From NCBI RefSeq assembly GCF_009914755.1, contig NC_060928.1: 64,000 nucleotides of DNA; one strand, 5' to 3'. Under the pieces are notes generated by a model. That model was not told where the DNA came from, made no database searches, and saw nothing but the letters and a program-made list of their open reading frames with translations. A program made the translations under genes and the position numbers. Below, one piece after another: positions 38,571-60,550 of this stretch. Position 1 is the stretch's first letter, and every line of letters starts with the position of its first letter. The stretch is from the human T2T-CHM13v2.0 reference genome, Homo sapiens.

Positions 38571-39263
38571 GCATTTGTGATGATGCTTAAGACATTTTGG
38601 ATCGTGATGCACAAAATTTCAAGACCTGAAAGAACCTGGAGATAACAAAAGCATCTCAGACGTGGTAGAGGAAATGCTTTCACAGGCATTTCAAATCATT
38701 CTCACAAAACCTGGCTAGGTGGACCTTTGGATCACACTCGTCTTAATGATGGCAAACGTGGTATCTTGAGAAGTGACTTGCTGGAGGTCACACAACCAGC
38801 TAGTGGCATAGGCATGGTTCAAATCCAAGTTCTCTGACCACCTATCTGTTCAGTTATAAGATGAGCTTAGGGGTTATTTCACTGTTCGTGTCTTATCACT
38901 GTATAGTGTTTACATTAATACAAAGTTTTTCCACATTCAAGTGTGGCCTCTAAGATACAGATTCGAAACTCAAAGGGAGGGGAGCATAGTTATTACGGCT
39001 GAAAAGTTATTTTTGTCCCCATTTTCAAATTCATTAATGGATAATATCTTAAATCGAGCATTTTGCATATCACACTAATACATTTTGAGGGCTCCTCTAA
39101 TTCTCAAAAACACGTCATGCATTTTTGCCTTCTCTTCTGATCCAATTATCTGAACTACCCTTTTTTCTGAGCACTCGCCTGTGTAAATCCTAATCCGTTT
39201 TTCAGGTTCCAGCTCACTACATTGTGAGCTATTCTTAATCACTTTTGTGACCTTTGCACCTAG

Positions 39264-39691
<428 letters not shown>

Positions 39692-39768
39692 TAGAATAGG
39701 TCATTTGAAAAAATGGAATGACACAAATAACATGGAACATCTGGTCACCTTAAGAAACTGGAATTGGC

Positions 39769-42326
<2,558 letters not shown>

Positions 42327-43584
42327 AAGAAACTGGAATTGGCTGGGTGCGGTGACTCATGCCTGTAATCCCAGAGCTTTGAGAGGCTAAGGCTGGAGAA
42401 TCACTTCAGGCCAGGAGTTCAAGACCAGCCTGAGCAGCATAGCAAGATTCCACTTCTACAAAAAATTTAAAATAAAAAAGTTAGCTGGATGTGGTGACAC
42501 ACATCAGTGGTCCTAGCTACTCAGGAGTCTGAAATGGGAGGATCTCCCAGGAGTTCGAAGCTTCAGTAAGCTATGATTGCACCACTGCACTCTAGGAACA
42601 GAGCAAGACCGTGTCTCAAATAAGTAGATAAACTGGAATAGTAAATATATTTTGATTACTATTTTTTGTTCCTTTATTACCTCAGTACTGGTTGAGGCTG
42701 AGTTACTTAAGATTCTTCATCTTTATGAAGATTAACTGAATTTATTGTAATTACCTTTCATGCCTTTTGGAAGAGCCCTATATTCAGAGAACCCAGAAGT
42801 ACAATGAAAAACCAAGGCAGAATGTAGGTTATACTTTTTTATTCTTTTTTTTTTTTCGAGACAGAGTCTTGCTCTATTGCCCAGGCTGGAGTGCAGTGGC
42901 ACGATCTTGGCTCACTGCAAGCTCTGCCTCCCGGTTCACGCCATTCTGCTGCCTCAGCCTCCGGAATAGCTGGGACTACAGACGCCCGCCACCATGCCTG
43001 GCTAATTTTTTTTGTATTTTTAGTAGAGATGGGGTTTCACCGTGTTAGCCAAGGTGGTCTCGATCTCCTGACCTTGTGATCCACCCGCCTCGGCCTCCCA
43101 AAGTGCTGGGATTACAGGCATGAGCCATCGTGCCTGGCCTACTTTTTTATTCTAAATCAAAGATTTCTTTAGAGACATTGAAAGCATCACTTTTTTGTTG
43201 ACAATAGCCGTTTTGCCCCTCACAACTATTATCTTTACCTCTGAGAGTCTATTTGGTTCCTTCCTTTGCATTTCCTTTTTACCCTCTTTTAGGATTCTAA
43301 GAAAAACCTCAATGATATAGAAGACCACTGCTGACTGGGAGGCAGGTCCAAATGTGGTTGTGTTTCATCGTATTCTGGGCACCTTGTCAGCAAACCACAC
43401 ATGCCAAACACAGAAGTAAAACCAGCTGAAGGGCTCTTAGTCAAATTTCCAATGTGCAAAAGTTTAAGGTTAACAGGTGGGAAAAATGCTCGTAGAAAGT
43501 GTATTAAAAAGGAGCCGGGAGCAGTGGCTCATGCCTTAATCCCAGCACTTTGGGAGGCCAAGGTGGTCAGATGACTTGAGGTCA

Positions 43585-43812
<228 letters not shown>

Positions 43813-44797
43813 TTAATAAAAAAGAAAAATATAGCATATTAACAAGGGACAAACAGCTTGTTGGACACAAACTATCCTGTGTTTATAAATGTGGAAGTTC
43901 TTTTTTTTTTTTTTTTTTTTTTTGAGATGGAGTCTCACTCTGTCACCCAGGCTGGAGTGCAGTGGCGCTATCTTGGCTCACTGTGTACTCCACCTCCCAT
44001 GTTCAAACAATTCTCTGCCTCAGCCTCCTGAGTAGCTGGGATTACAGGCGCCCACCACCATGGCCTGCTAATTTTTTTTTTTTTTTTTGGTATTTTTAGG
44101 GGTTTCACCATCTTGGCCAGGCTGATCTTGAACTCCTGACCTCATGATCCACTCGCCTTGATCTCCCAAAGTGGTGGGATTTCAGGCATGAGGCACTGCG
44201 CCCAGCCTGGTTCATTCTTTTTTTCTTTTTCTTTTTCTTTTTTCTTTTTAGAGACAAGGTATCTATCACTCTGCTGCCCAGGATGGAGTGCAGTGGCACG
44301 ATTATAGCTCACTGCAGCCTCAAACTCTTAGATCAAGTGATCCTTCTACCTCAGCCTCCTGAGTAGCTGGGACTACAGGTCCACACCACCACACACAACT
44401 AATTTTTTAATTTATTGTACAGATAGAGTCTTAGCATGCAGCCCAGGCTGCCCTCGAACTCCTAGCCTCAAGCAATCCTCCCACCTCAGCCTGCAAAAGT
44501 CCTAGGACTGCAGGTGTGAGCCACTGTGCCCTGTGAGGTTTATACATTTTTCTGTGATCTGGTTTGTTTTATTTTTGGTTTGGAGCCCTGTTCGCAACCC
44601 TTTGTGCATTTTAGGATTATTTAGGGAGCTTTTAAACAGTATCAGTGCCTAGACCTCATCCCCAGAGATGCTAATTTAGCTAGCCTGGAACAGGGCTGGG
44701 CATGAGTATTTTTGCTATGGTTATCTATAGATTTAAAGATGTGTGGTGGCTCATACCTGTAATCTCAGCACTTTGGGAGGCTGAGGCAAGTGGATCA

Positions 44798-45034
<237 letters not shown>

Positions 45035-45674
45035 CTAGAGAAAGGAAGAATTGAAAAATGTGACAAAAACAAAGACTACAGGACTTAAAACAACTACATG
45101 ATAGGAGTAGCAGGGACATAAGAAAAAGAGACAGAGTGAGACTCTGTCTCAAAAAAAAAAAATTAAAGATACTCTCTTTAAGAGATATGTTATAAGACAT
45201 AAGGCCAATGTAGGGAGTGAAAATATAATTTTTATGACCTGTTAGAATTGTGAGGATTCTCTCAATTGAATTATTTTGAATTTAAGTAATTATTATACGA
45301 TGAGGAATAGAATGTTCATCTTACTGAATTACCTGTTGAAGAGAAAATTTTATAATTGGATCAACAAAATACTATGGCTACAGACCAACTGTTGGGATTG
45401 AAATTTACTTTGATACATTCTCACTGCTAAGTATTTCCAGCTTATTCAATATATTTAACTAAAATTAGGATACTTTGTTGTTTTATAACAGCCCTTTTCT
45501 AATTATTCCATATGCAATTTCAAAATCTAGAAGTCAATTTAAATATAAAATTGTAATAATGGCCAGACTAATGCTGGGTTTGGAATCTGAGTGTTCTCAG
45601 TGTACAAGGTCCTATAATAATATGACAGCAGAGTTCAGAGATGATATGAGGGAAAATCCACTTGAGCGCTACTC

Positions 45675-46042
45675 TGTACCAGGTCCATTCTCACTCTGCT
45701 ATAAAGAACTACCTGAGACTGGGTAATTGACGAAGAGAAGAGATTTAATTGACACACAGTTCCACAGGCTTAACTGGAAGCATGACTGTGAGGCCTTAGG
45801 AAACTTATAACCATGGCAGAAAATGAAGGGGAAACAAGTACCTTCTTTACGTGGAGGCAGAAGAGAGAACGAAGGGGGAAGTGCCGCACACTTTTAAACC
45901 ATCAAATCTCATGAGAACGAGAATAGCAAGGGGGTAATCTGCCCCCATGATCCAATCACCTCCCACTAGGCTCCTCCCCTGACATGTGGGGATTACAATT
46001 CAACATGAGATTTGGGTGAGGAGACAGAGCCAAACCAGATCA
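45675..46042 (-). mobile_element. THE1-family MaLR LTR
   Basis: ctgctataaagaactacctgagactgggtaa ... gagatttgggtgaggagacagagccaaacca. Confidence 0.85.
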
Positions 46043-47224
46043 CCTGGTTTAGGCAAAGCATCCTTTTTAAAATTTCTCATTGTCCCCTGATCATAATGCT
46101 GTCTCAGCACTTAACCTATTATGTCCAAATGGTCTGTTTGTCCTCCTGACTAGAAAGTGAGTTCCTAGGCCTCAAGGAAGTATGTCTTATTCATTTTTCA
46201 TCACTAGCATTCAAAATAATAACTAGAACAAAAGAAATCATTAAATATCTGATTAACCTGAAATGGAGGCGCTAAGGAGAACTAGAGAAAGAGGAAGAAT
46301 TGAAAGATGTGACAAAAACAAAGACTACAGGACTTAAAACAACTACATGATAGGAGTAGCAGGGACATAAGAAAAAGGGAGAATTAGGCCGGGCGCAGTG
46401 GCTCACGCCTGTAATCCCAGCACCTTGGGAGGCTGAAGCAGGTGGATCACCTGAGGTCAGGAGTTCGACAGCAGCCTGACCAACATGGTGAGACCCTGTC
46501 TCTATTAAAAACACAAAAATTAGCCAGGCGTGGTTGCGGGTGCCTATAATCCCAGCTACTTGGGAGACTGAGGCAGGAAAATCGCTTGAACCCCGGGAGG
46601 CGGAGGTTGCAGTGAGCCAAGATTGTGTCATTGCATTCCAGCCTGGGTAACAACACTGAAACTCTGTCTCAAAAAAAAAAAAAAAGAAAAAGGGAAAAAT
46701 TGAAGATGATGCCAGTACTTTTGGCATAAGCAACCAGGTGGTGCCATTAACCAGGATATGAAGTGTAGAGAAGGGAGATGAACAGATTTGAAGAGAAAAA
46801 TGATTAGTTATGTCAACCAAAATTAAGGCTGTTGAGAGAGAAATAATTTGATAAAGGTTTACTGAAAGCCAAATATGAAGATTGACCCAGGAAGACACAT
46901 CAACAAAGTTGGGAGTGTTCCAGAGTCTGTTACAAGTTGGAAAGCTTTTATAAGACAGTGTAGGAGAAGGTAGGGGGACTTCTCATACCGGAGTTGTGTT
47001 TTTTCATTGATGGGTGTAACACAGAGGTTATAATCATTGGCCACAGACTGCAACATATAGGCTAGAATGTCTGCGTGCAATACAATCAGTAAAACTTTAT
47101 GATTCTGGCCAGGCACGGTGGCTCATACCTGTAATCCTAGCACTTTGGGTGGCTGAGGCGGATGGATTGCCTGAGCTCAGGAGTTCGAGACCAGCCTGGG
47201 AAACATGGCAAAACCCCGTCTTTA

Positions 47225-47407
<183 letters not shown>

Positions 47408-48302
47408 TTATGATTGAAAAATAAATTGGCATTCTTTTTAGTGTTAGTAGGTTATACATTAATCAGTAGGTCAACAATTTGAGGAAGTCATAAGATTCTT
47501 TATTCAGGGACAGATGTCACCATGAATCACAAGACCTTAAAGAAAACTAACAAATGTGACCCATAGCTTATCAGTTAAATGGCTGTGTTTGAGGTATCTG
47601 GACATCAAGTGAAGATGTCCAGTGGGCAGGTAAGAAAGTATGTTTAGACCTCACTGGAAATATCTGGTCTAGATATAAGTATTTGGATGGGTTTTGTTTG
47701 TTTGTTTGTTTTTAGAGATGGAATCTTGCTGTGTTGCCCAGGCTTGGTGCAATCATGGCAAACTGCAGCTTCAACCTCGCAGGCTCAAGTAATCCTCCTA
47801 CCTCAGTCTCCAGAGTAGCCGAGACTACAGGAACACGCCATCACACCTGTCTAATTTTTGTGGTTTTTGTAGAGATGTGGTCTCTCCACGTTGAATGGGC
47901 CAGTCTGGAACCTCTGGGCTCCAGTGATCCTCTTGCCTTAACCTCCCAAAGTGCTGGGATTACAGGCATGAGCCACTGCACCCAGCTGGAAGTTTTAACT
48001 AAGTTGGTAGGTTGAAGTTGTAGCAATGATTATAATTCTCCTGGAAAAGTGTGTAGAAGGAGGAAATATGCATCACAAAATGCAGAATGAGGAAAGAGTG
48101 GCAAAGCCTCCTCTGAAATTGCTAATAGAAGAAAGTAAGATATTGGATAAAATGAATAAGATTTTATAGAAATGAACAATCTTAAGAAATGGCTTATAAA
48201 TGAGTTGCCAGTAGGACCAGGGTCTCTCATAAATCTAGTTAGAGCAATAGCATATAGAATAAATAAATATAAAAAATGTGAATAATTACATTTTTCTCAA
48301 TA

Positions 48303-49208
<906 letters not shown>

Positions 49209-49520
49209 TATATTATAATTCATCTTTACGATAAGGATTTTTTAATGACTTGATAAAAGTAAAAGTTGAAAAGTTAGAATTTTGTGGTTTTTCTCCAGGA
49301 CAGTCTGTGTTTTGATTCTAATAAAAAGTGCTAGTTATCTATATAAAAATATAATTTAATATATTGATATTTGTTGAATGCATTCTGTATAGTAGGCAAT
49401 GTTTTAAGTAATTTAATGTTTTACCAGCCAGTATCTTTCCCTCTTTTTCTGGGAACTGTTTACATTAGTCAGCTTTTATTAGATTATACTACATAACAAA
49501 CAACTCTGAAAATTCAGTGC

Positions 49521-50220
49521 TGTCTTAGTCAATTGGTAAAAAATAGCTGAGACTGGATAACTTATAAATAATAGAAATTTCTTTCTTACAGTTCTGGAGG
49601 CTGATAAGTTGAAGATCAGACCGATGGCAGCTTTGGTGTCTGGTAAGGGCCCAGGCTCTGCTACCAAGATGGCACCTTCGATGCTATATCCTGTAGAAGT
49701 GATAAACTCTGTGTCTTCACATGGCAGAAAGGATGGAAAAGGCCAAAAATGGCCTGGGTTGTTTCCACCGGCATTTTTTTTTTTTTTTTTGAGACAGAGT
49801 CTCGCTCTGTTGCCCAGGCTGAAGTGCAACGGCACGATCTCCGCTCACTGAAAGCTCCACCTCGCGGATTCCAGCGAATCTCTTCAGTCTCCCAAGTAGC
49901 TGGAATTACTGGCGCCCCCCCCACCATGCCCAGCTAATTTTTGTATTTTTAGTAGAGACGGGGTTTCACCATGTTGGCCAGGCTGGTCTCGAACTCCTGA
50001 CTTCAGGTGATCCGCCTGCCTTGGCCTCCCAACATGCTGGATTACAGGAATAAGCCACCGCACCTGTCCACCACCAGCCCTTTTAAAGCATCACTAATCG
50101 TATTTACAAGTGCAGAAGTCCTCATGACTTAATCGATCTCCTAAAGGCCTCAACTTTGAATACTATAACACAGGTGAGTAAATTTTAACATGAATTTTGG
50201 ACACATTTAGACCATAATAA
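49521..50220 (-). mobile_element. MST/MLT1A-like MaLR LTR with an antisense Alu
   Basis: ttcttacagttctggaggctg..aagt, tctggtaagggccca, tgtgtcttcacatggcagaa motifs. Confidence 0.7.
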
Positions 50221-52062
50221 GTACCTTAGAAAAGAAAGGACTATTTCTTGCTTATATTACATGTAGACTACAAATTGCCTACAATGCTGCTCAGATTTTG
50301 AGAAGGCTATGACTCTGCACCATGTATTCTCTCATCCTGGATTGCAGATTAAAAAAGCAGTTCCTATGTGAAACCTGCTCATTCTCATGGCAGAGAGGGA
50401 AAGCCATGGAACTGCTAAAAAATCATGATGCTTCTTAAAGTTTCTGCAAAACTGTATGTATGTCATGTCCTCTCTAGGTCGGGTGCAGTGGCTCACACCT
50501 GTAATCTCAGCACTTCGGGAGGCCAAGACAGGCAGATCACAAGGTCGGGAGATCGAGACCATCCTGGCTAACACGGTGAAACCCCATCTCTACTAAAAAT
50601 ACAAAAAATTAGCCAGGTGTAGTGGCACGCACCTGTAATCCCAGCTACTCAGGAGGCTGAGGCAGGAGAAATGCTTGAATCAGGGAGGCAGAGGTTACAG
50701 TGAGAGGAGATCGCGCCACTGCACTCCAGCCTGGACAACAGAGCAAGACTCCATCTCAATAAATAAATAAATAAATAAAATAAAAATGTCCTCTCACACT
50801 CTATTGGTGAAAGCATATTATTGTGGTTAAGTCCAACCCCAAAGGGAAAGGGATATCCACTCTTCCTGCAAGGAAGAGGGCACTTCAGTTTGCATATTCA
50901 TGGAAAGAACAGAGTGAATACTAGAGGACGATATTACAATTTACTACACTGTTCCTCTGTCAGCTTAAGCTCTGTTCTATCTCCCACTCCTCAGATCAGT
51001 AGTAGCATGAAAATAACAGCCCAAATTCCTGGTACCAGAGATGGAAATATGCACATCATGTACAAATTATCTGTTCTGACCTGTTTGGTGGCTCCCTGGA
51101 ATACTGATTGAAAGGCTTGTCTTTATTTCACCTAACTTCTAACTAGCCTAGGGCTAAAGCTTCTTGCCACAGGGCATTTGCTGAAAATATTTAGTCTAAC
51201 GTCTAAATATTTTCCTAAGATGTCTAAATAGGTTCCTGCTGCCTGTGGTGATAGACAATAGCTAGGTCAATCAATAGACTAATCAAAATGCTTAGGAGGG
51301 AAGGCTGGAGAATGAGATGGTCTATAAGGGTTTTCAAAAGTTCTGACAGATTCCTGAGAATCAAGAAGGTCAAATGCATGCTTAGGGCTATGCAAATGCC
51401 CCGGGAAAGCTGAAAAAGACCCTAAACTTACCCCTCCTCCTGACCATGAGGCTCTAAAAAAGTAGCATGTGAAGGCTAAGGCAGAGTTGTAAAATGCCTG
51501 GTGAGTCTTGAAAGCATGTCACAACGAATACACAGAGCCCCACTGCAAAGACTGGAAGATTTTTTGGTTCTAGGTGTTTAAGAAAATCTCTGTTCTCTCA
51601 TTAGCTGACCAGTAAGCTAATGTAACAGAGACTTCAGGATCCACATGTAACAAAGAACAGACTATAAAATTAGTTCAGAAAATTCACTAAACAAACTATA
51701 ACTACAATACTAGCACAACAACACACCCTAGGGAAGGGGGAGGAGCTGATTTCTAGAATTGCCATATTATAATATTTAAAATGTCCAGTTTTCAACAAGA
51801 AATTATAAGGCATGCCAAGAAATAAAAAAAAATATGGTCTATAAACAGGAAAAATAAATTTATAGAAACTATGCCTGAGAAAGCCTAGACATTTGGGCTT
51901 TTTTAGGCAGACTTTAAACAGGCTATTTTAAATATGATCAATAGCTAAGCCATGTCTTAAGAACTAAAGTAAATATACGAATCATGTCTTGTCAAATTGA
52001 GAATATCAATGAAGAGATAAAAATATAAAACTGTCACGTCACAGTGATTTTTAAAAACAGGC

Positions 52063-52985
<923 letters not shown>

Positions 52986-53744
52986 AAAAACAGAACCCAA
53001 CTCCCAACTATATGCTATCTTCAAGAGATTCACTTTAGATTAAATACACAAATCAGTTGAAAGCAAAAGAATGGAAAACGTATTTCAGGCAAACAGTACT
53101 GATAATAGAGCTGTTGTGGCTATACTAATACCAGACAAAATAGACTTTAAAACAAAAATTGTTAGACAAAGAAGAACATTATATAATGGTAAAAGGGTCA
53201 ATTCATCAAAAGACATAACAATTATAAGTATATATGCACCCAACAAGAGAGCCCTGAAATACGTGAGGCTAAAACTGACTACATTAAAAAAGAAAAGGAC
53301 AATTTAAAACGATAGTCAGGGGACCTCAATACCTTACATTTAATAATGGATACAACGATTAGACAGAAAATCCATAAAGAAATAGAAGATATGAACATCA
53401 CTATATATCAACTGGACTTAAACATGTGTATAATGATCCACTCAACAACAGAATACACACTTCTCAAGTGCACATAGAAAATTCTCTGCAATAGTCTATA
53501 ATTAGCTCATAAAATAAGTCTAAATAAGATTTAAAAATTAAAATCAGGCTGGGTGTGGTGGCTCATAACTGTAATCCCAGCACTTTAGGAGGCCGAGGCG
53601 GGTGGATCACTTGAGGTGAGGAGTTTGAGACCAGCCTGGCCAACGTGGCAAAACCCCATCTCTACTAAAAATGCATAAACTGGTCGGGGGCGGTGGCTCA
53701 CACCTGTAATCCTAGCATTTTGGGAGGCCAAGGCGGGAGGATCA

Positions 53745-53984
<240 letters not shown>

Positions 53985-54867
53985 TTAACAATAAAATAGA
54001 ATAGAATTATTTATTAATAATAGAACAGAAAAATAATAATAAAATAGAATAGACTCTACCTCAAAAAAAATAAATTTTAAAAACAAGAGCAAACTAAATC
54101 CAAAGCAAGCAAAAGTGTGGAAATAAATTATTTAGAAAATAGAAAAACAATAGAGAAGATAAATGAAACTAAAAACCAATTTCTTGAAAAGATTAACAAA
54201 ACTGGCACCTTTAGCTAGTCTGAACAAAAAAAAAGAGAAAAGAGTCAAATTACTAAAATCGTAAATGAAATATGAGACATTACTACCAGTCTTACAGAAA
54301 TAAAAATAATTATAATGAAATGCTAGGAAAAAATTGTATGACAACAAATTAGACAACCTAGATTAAATGTACAAATTCCTAGAAATACACAAATTAGCAA
54401 AACTGACCTATGAAAAAATAGAAAATCTAAATAAACCTATAACAAGGAAAGAGATAAAGCTAATTTTTAAAAACTTTCAGTAAAAAAAGCCAGGACTCGG
54501 CTTGGTACAGTGGCTCATGCCTGTAATCCTAGCACTTTAGGAAGGCAAGGTGGATGTATTGCTTCAGTTCAAGAGTTTGAGACCAGACTAGGCAACATGG
54601 CAAGACCCTGTCTCTACCAAAAATAATTTTTTTTTTTTAATTAGCCAGTCGTGGTGACACTTGCCTGTAGTCCCTAGCTACTCAAGAGACTGAGGTGGGA
54701 GGATCACTTGAGCCCAAGAGGTTGAGGCTGGAGTGAACCATAATCATGCCACTGCACTCTAGGCTGCGTGATATGGTGAGACCGTGTCTCAAAAAACAAA
54801 CAAACAAATCCCAGGACCAGATGACTTCACTAGTGACTCTATCAAATAGTTTAATAAGATTAACACA

Positions 54868-56395
<1,528 letters not shown>

Positions 56396-58248
56396 ATTAA
56401 CACAAGTTTTTCTAAAAGTCTTCCAAAAAAATAGAAGGGAAAGGAACACTGAACTCAGTCTATGAGTCCAGTAATACCCTGATACTAAAGCCAGACACAA
56501 TATTTGAAGAAAAGAAAATTAGAGAATAATATATCTTATGCATATATACGCAAATATTCTCAATGAAAAGCTAGCAAACCAAATCCAGCAGCATATAAAA
56601 AGGATTATACATGATAATCAAGTGGGATTTATCCCAGGAATGCTAGGCTGATTTAACTTATAAAACTTAATCAATGTAACATATCAAAGAAATAGAATGA
56701 AGGGGGAGAAAACCCATGCAATCCTATCAATAGACCCAGAAAAAGTGACAAAATCTAAATCCTTTTTATGACAATAGCACATAAGAAACTAGAAATAGAA
56801 GAAAGCTTTCTAAGTCTGCTAAATAGCATCTATAAAAAGCCCAGAGATAACATATGTAATAGTGAAACATTAAAAGCATTCCTCCTAAAATCAGAAATAA
56901 GACAAGGATGTCAACTGTCACCATTCTATTCAACATTGTGCTGAAGATTCTAGCTAGGGCAATTAAACAAGAAAAAGAAATCAAAGGTATACAGATTTGA
57001 AAGGAAGAAATAAAATTATCACTGTTTGCAAGTGAAATAATCTTACATAGAGAAAACTCTAAAGGATCTACAAAAAAAACTCTTAGAGTTACTAAACAAG
57101 TTCAAGAACATTGCAGAATACAATATTTAGAAATCAGTTGCATTTCTATGCATTAATAATGAACAATCTGAAAATGAAATAATAAAACAATCCCACTTAT
57201 GAAAGCATTAAAAGAATAAAATACTTGGGAATAAATTTAACATAGTAGGGTTGTACACTAAACACTAAAAAATATTGCTGAAAGAAATTAAAGATCTAAA
57301 TATATGGAAAGGCATCTACTGTTCACAGATTATAAGACTTACTATTGTTAAGATGGTGATACTCCAAAGTGTTCTATAAATTCAGTGCAATCGCTGTCAA
57401 AATTCCAACTGTCGACCAGACACGGTGGCTCACACCTGTAATCCCAGCTCTTTGGGAGGTCGAGGCAGGTGGATCACCTGAGGTCAGGAGTTTGAGACCA
57501 GCCTGACTAACATAGCGAATCCCCGTCTCTAGTAAAAAATACAAAAATTAGCCAGGCATGGTGGCGGGCACCTGTAATCCCAGCTAATCGGGAGGCTGAG
57601 ACACGAGAATCACTTGAACCCAGGAGGGTTCAGGTACCTCACTGTACCTCACTGCGGAGGCTGCACTACAGCCTGGGTGACAGAGTGAGACTGCCTCAAA
57701 CAACAACAACAAAAATGCCAATTGTCTTGTTAAGAAATAGAAAAGTTGATCCTAAAATTTATATGGAATTGGAAAGGACACAGAATAGCCAAAAAAACTT
57801 GAGAAAGAACACAGTTGGAGTCCTCACTCTTCTTCATTTTGAAAGCTTACTACAAAGCTATAGCCATCAAGAGAGTGTGATACTAACACAAGGCTAGATC
57901 AATGGAATAAAACTGTGAGTTCATAAATGAACCCATGCTTTTATGATCAGTTGATTTTTGTTTTTGTTTTTGTTTTTGTTTTGAGACAGGGTCTTGCTTT
58001 GTCACCCAGGCTGGAGTGCAGAGGCACAATCACGGCTCACTGCAGCTTTGACCTCCCAGGCTCAAGCAATCCTCCCACCTCAGCTCCCCAAGTTGCTGGG
58101 ACTACAGGTGCATGCCACCACACCCGGCTAATTTTGTTATTTTTTATAGAGACAGGGTTTTGTCGTGTTGTGCAGGCTGGTCTCAAATTCCTGGGCTCAA
58201 GTGATCCTCCCACCTCAGCCTCCCAAAGTGCTTGGATTATAGGTATAA

Positions 58249-58515
<267 letters not shown>

Positions 58516-59018
58516 TGATCCACCCGCCTCAGCCTCCCAAAGTGCTGGGATTACAGGCGTGAGCCACTGCGCCCAGCCTGATCACTTGATTCTTGTCAAG
58601 GGTACCAAAACCATCTGGTGGGGAAAGAATTGTCTTTTTCACAAATGCTGTTGAAACAAGTGGGTATCCATATCTAAAATAATTCTGAAGTTGAAAACTT
58701 GCCTTAAAAATATACAAAACTTTAAAGTGGATCAACAATCTAAATATAATAACAAAAACTACAAAACTTATAGAAGAAAACATAGGTGCAAATCATCATG
58801 ACCTTGGAATTGGCAATTTTTAAGAAGACTTTATTCTTTAGACCAATTTTAGGTTCACAACGAAATTGAATGGAAAGTACAGAAAATTTTCACATGACCC
58901 TGACCCAGCAACATGCAGCCTCTTTTAATATCAACATCCCATACCAGAGTAATGCATTTGTTACCATCAATGAACCTACTGTAAAATAAATAAATACTAA
59001 ATAATAAATAAATAAAAG

Positions 59019-59684
59019 TGTAGGACTTCCAAATTTATTTTGATAAAGAGAAAAGTTAAACCCTAAAAGCTGACTCACATAACACGACTGTTTTTCTTCT
59101 GTGGTGCATGACCATTGCTTTCTAAACTTTGTGTTGAGATGTTATACATTAACCAGAATCCCTATTCTTAATTCAAACCTAGACTAAATGCTGTAAAAAT
59201 AGAGACCCTATGACTGTTACAATAAAATGTTAAACAACCCTGTTAGAGTGTAATCAATAGTAGCCCATCAAATCTCATATCTATATGTTAGTCTTCATAT
59301 AGAAAATGTTATTTTGTTCAACACCTCTATTTTGCCTATATAAACCATCCTCATTTCTCATTTTTCTCCACATCAGGTCACTAATCACCATTCTTTTATT
59401 TTCCCCCCCGAGGCTGGAGTGCAGTGGTGCAATCTCGGGTTATGGCAACCTCCATCTCCCAGGTTCCTGGGTTGAAGCAATTCTCCTGCCTCAGACTCCC
59501 AAGCAACTGGGATTACAGGGGCCCACCACCACACTCAGCTAATTTTTGTATTTTTAGTACAGACGGGGTTTCTCCATGTCGGCCGGACTGGTCTCAAACT
59601 CCTGATCTCAGGTGATTCACCTGCCTTGGCGTCCCAAAGTGCTGGGATTACAGGTGTGAGCCACGGCACCCAGCAACTAATCAC

Positions 59685-59734
<50 letters not shown>

Positions 59735-59971
59735 CAGAGTAGTGCTCTGTCACCCAGGCTGGAGTGCAGTGGCGTGATCTCGGCTCACTACAACCCCTGC
59801 CTCCCAGGGTCAAGTGATTCTCCTGCCTCAGCCTCCTGAGTAGCTGGGATTACAAGTGCCAATCACCATTCTTTGGTGTAGCTCTGCTACCCAGATGGCT
59901 GCCCTCACACTTGGCTTTTAAATAAACTCTTTTAACTAGATCCTAAGCTTTTTGACTATTTTAGGTTGACA
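59019..59971 (+). mobile_element. ERV1 (MER4/MER34/MER39-group) solo LTR with two antisense Alus and a (TG)n tract at 59690-59732
   Basis: TG start, aataaa at ~59921, ttttaggttgaca end. Confidence 0.55.
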
Positions 59972-60550
59972 CTATATTGCAAATCATCTCCTGCTCTGTT
60001 GGTTTCATCATACCTCAATAATAAAAAAAGACATCTTAATTTTAATTTTAATTTTAATTTTATTATTTGTAGAGATGAGGTCTCCCTATGTTGCCCAGGC
60101 TGGTCATTATTGTTTTAAAATATCATTTTTAGGCCAGGTGTGGTGGCTTACCCCTGTAATCCCAGCGCTTTGGGAGGCTGTGATGGGAGGATCACTTGAG
60201 CCTAGGAGTTCAAGACCAGCCAGGGGGAAAAATGTGAAAGATCTTAAATTTCTGGCCAGGTGCAGTGGCTCATGCCTGTAATTCCAGCACTTTGGAAGGC
60301 CAAGGTGGGCAGATCACCTGAGGTCAGGAGTTTGAGACAAGCCTGGCCAACATAGTGAAACCCCATCTCTAATAAAAATACAAAAATTAGCCGGGCGTGA
60401 TGGTGCATGCCTGTAATCCCAGCTACTTGGGAGGCTGAGGCAGGAGAATTGCTTGAACCTGGGAGGCGGAGGTTGCAGTGAGCCAAGATCACAATTGCAC
60501 TCCAGCCTGGGTGACAGAGCAAGACTCTGTATCAAAAAAAAAAAAAAAAA

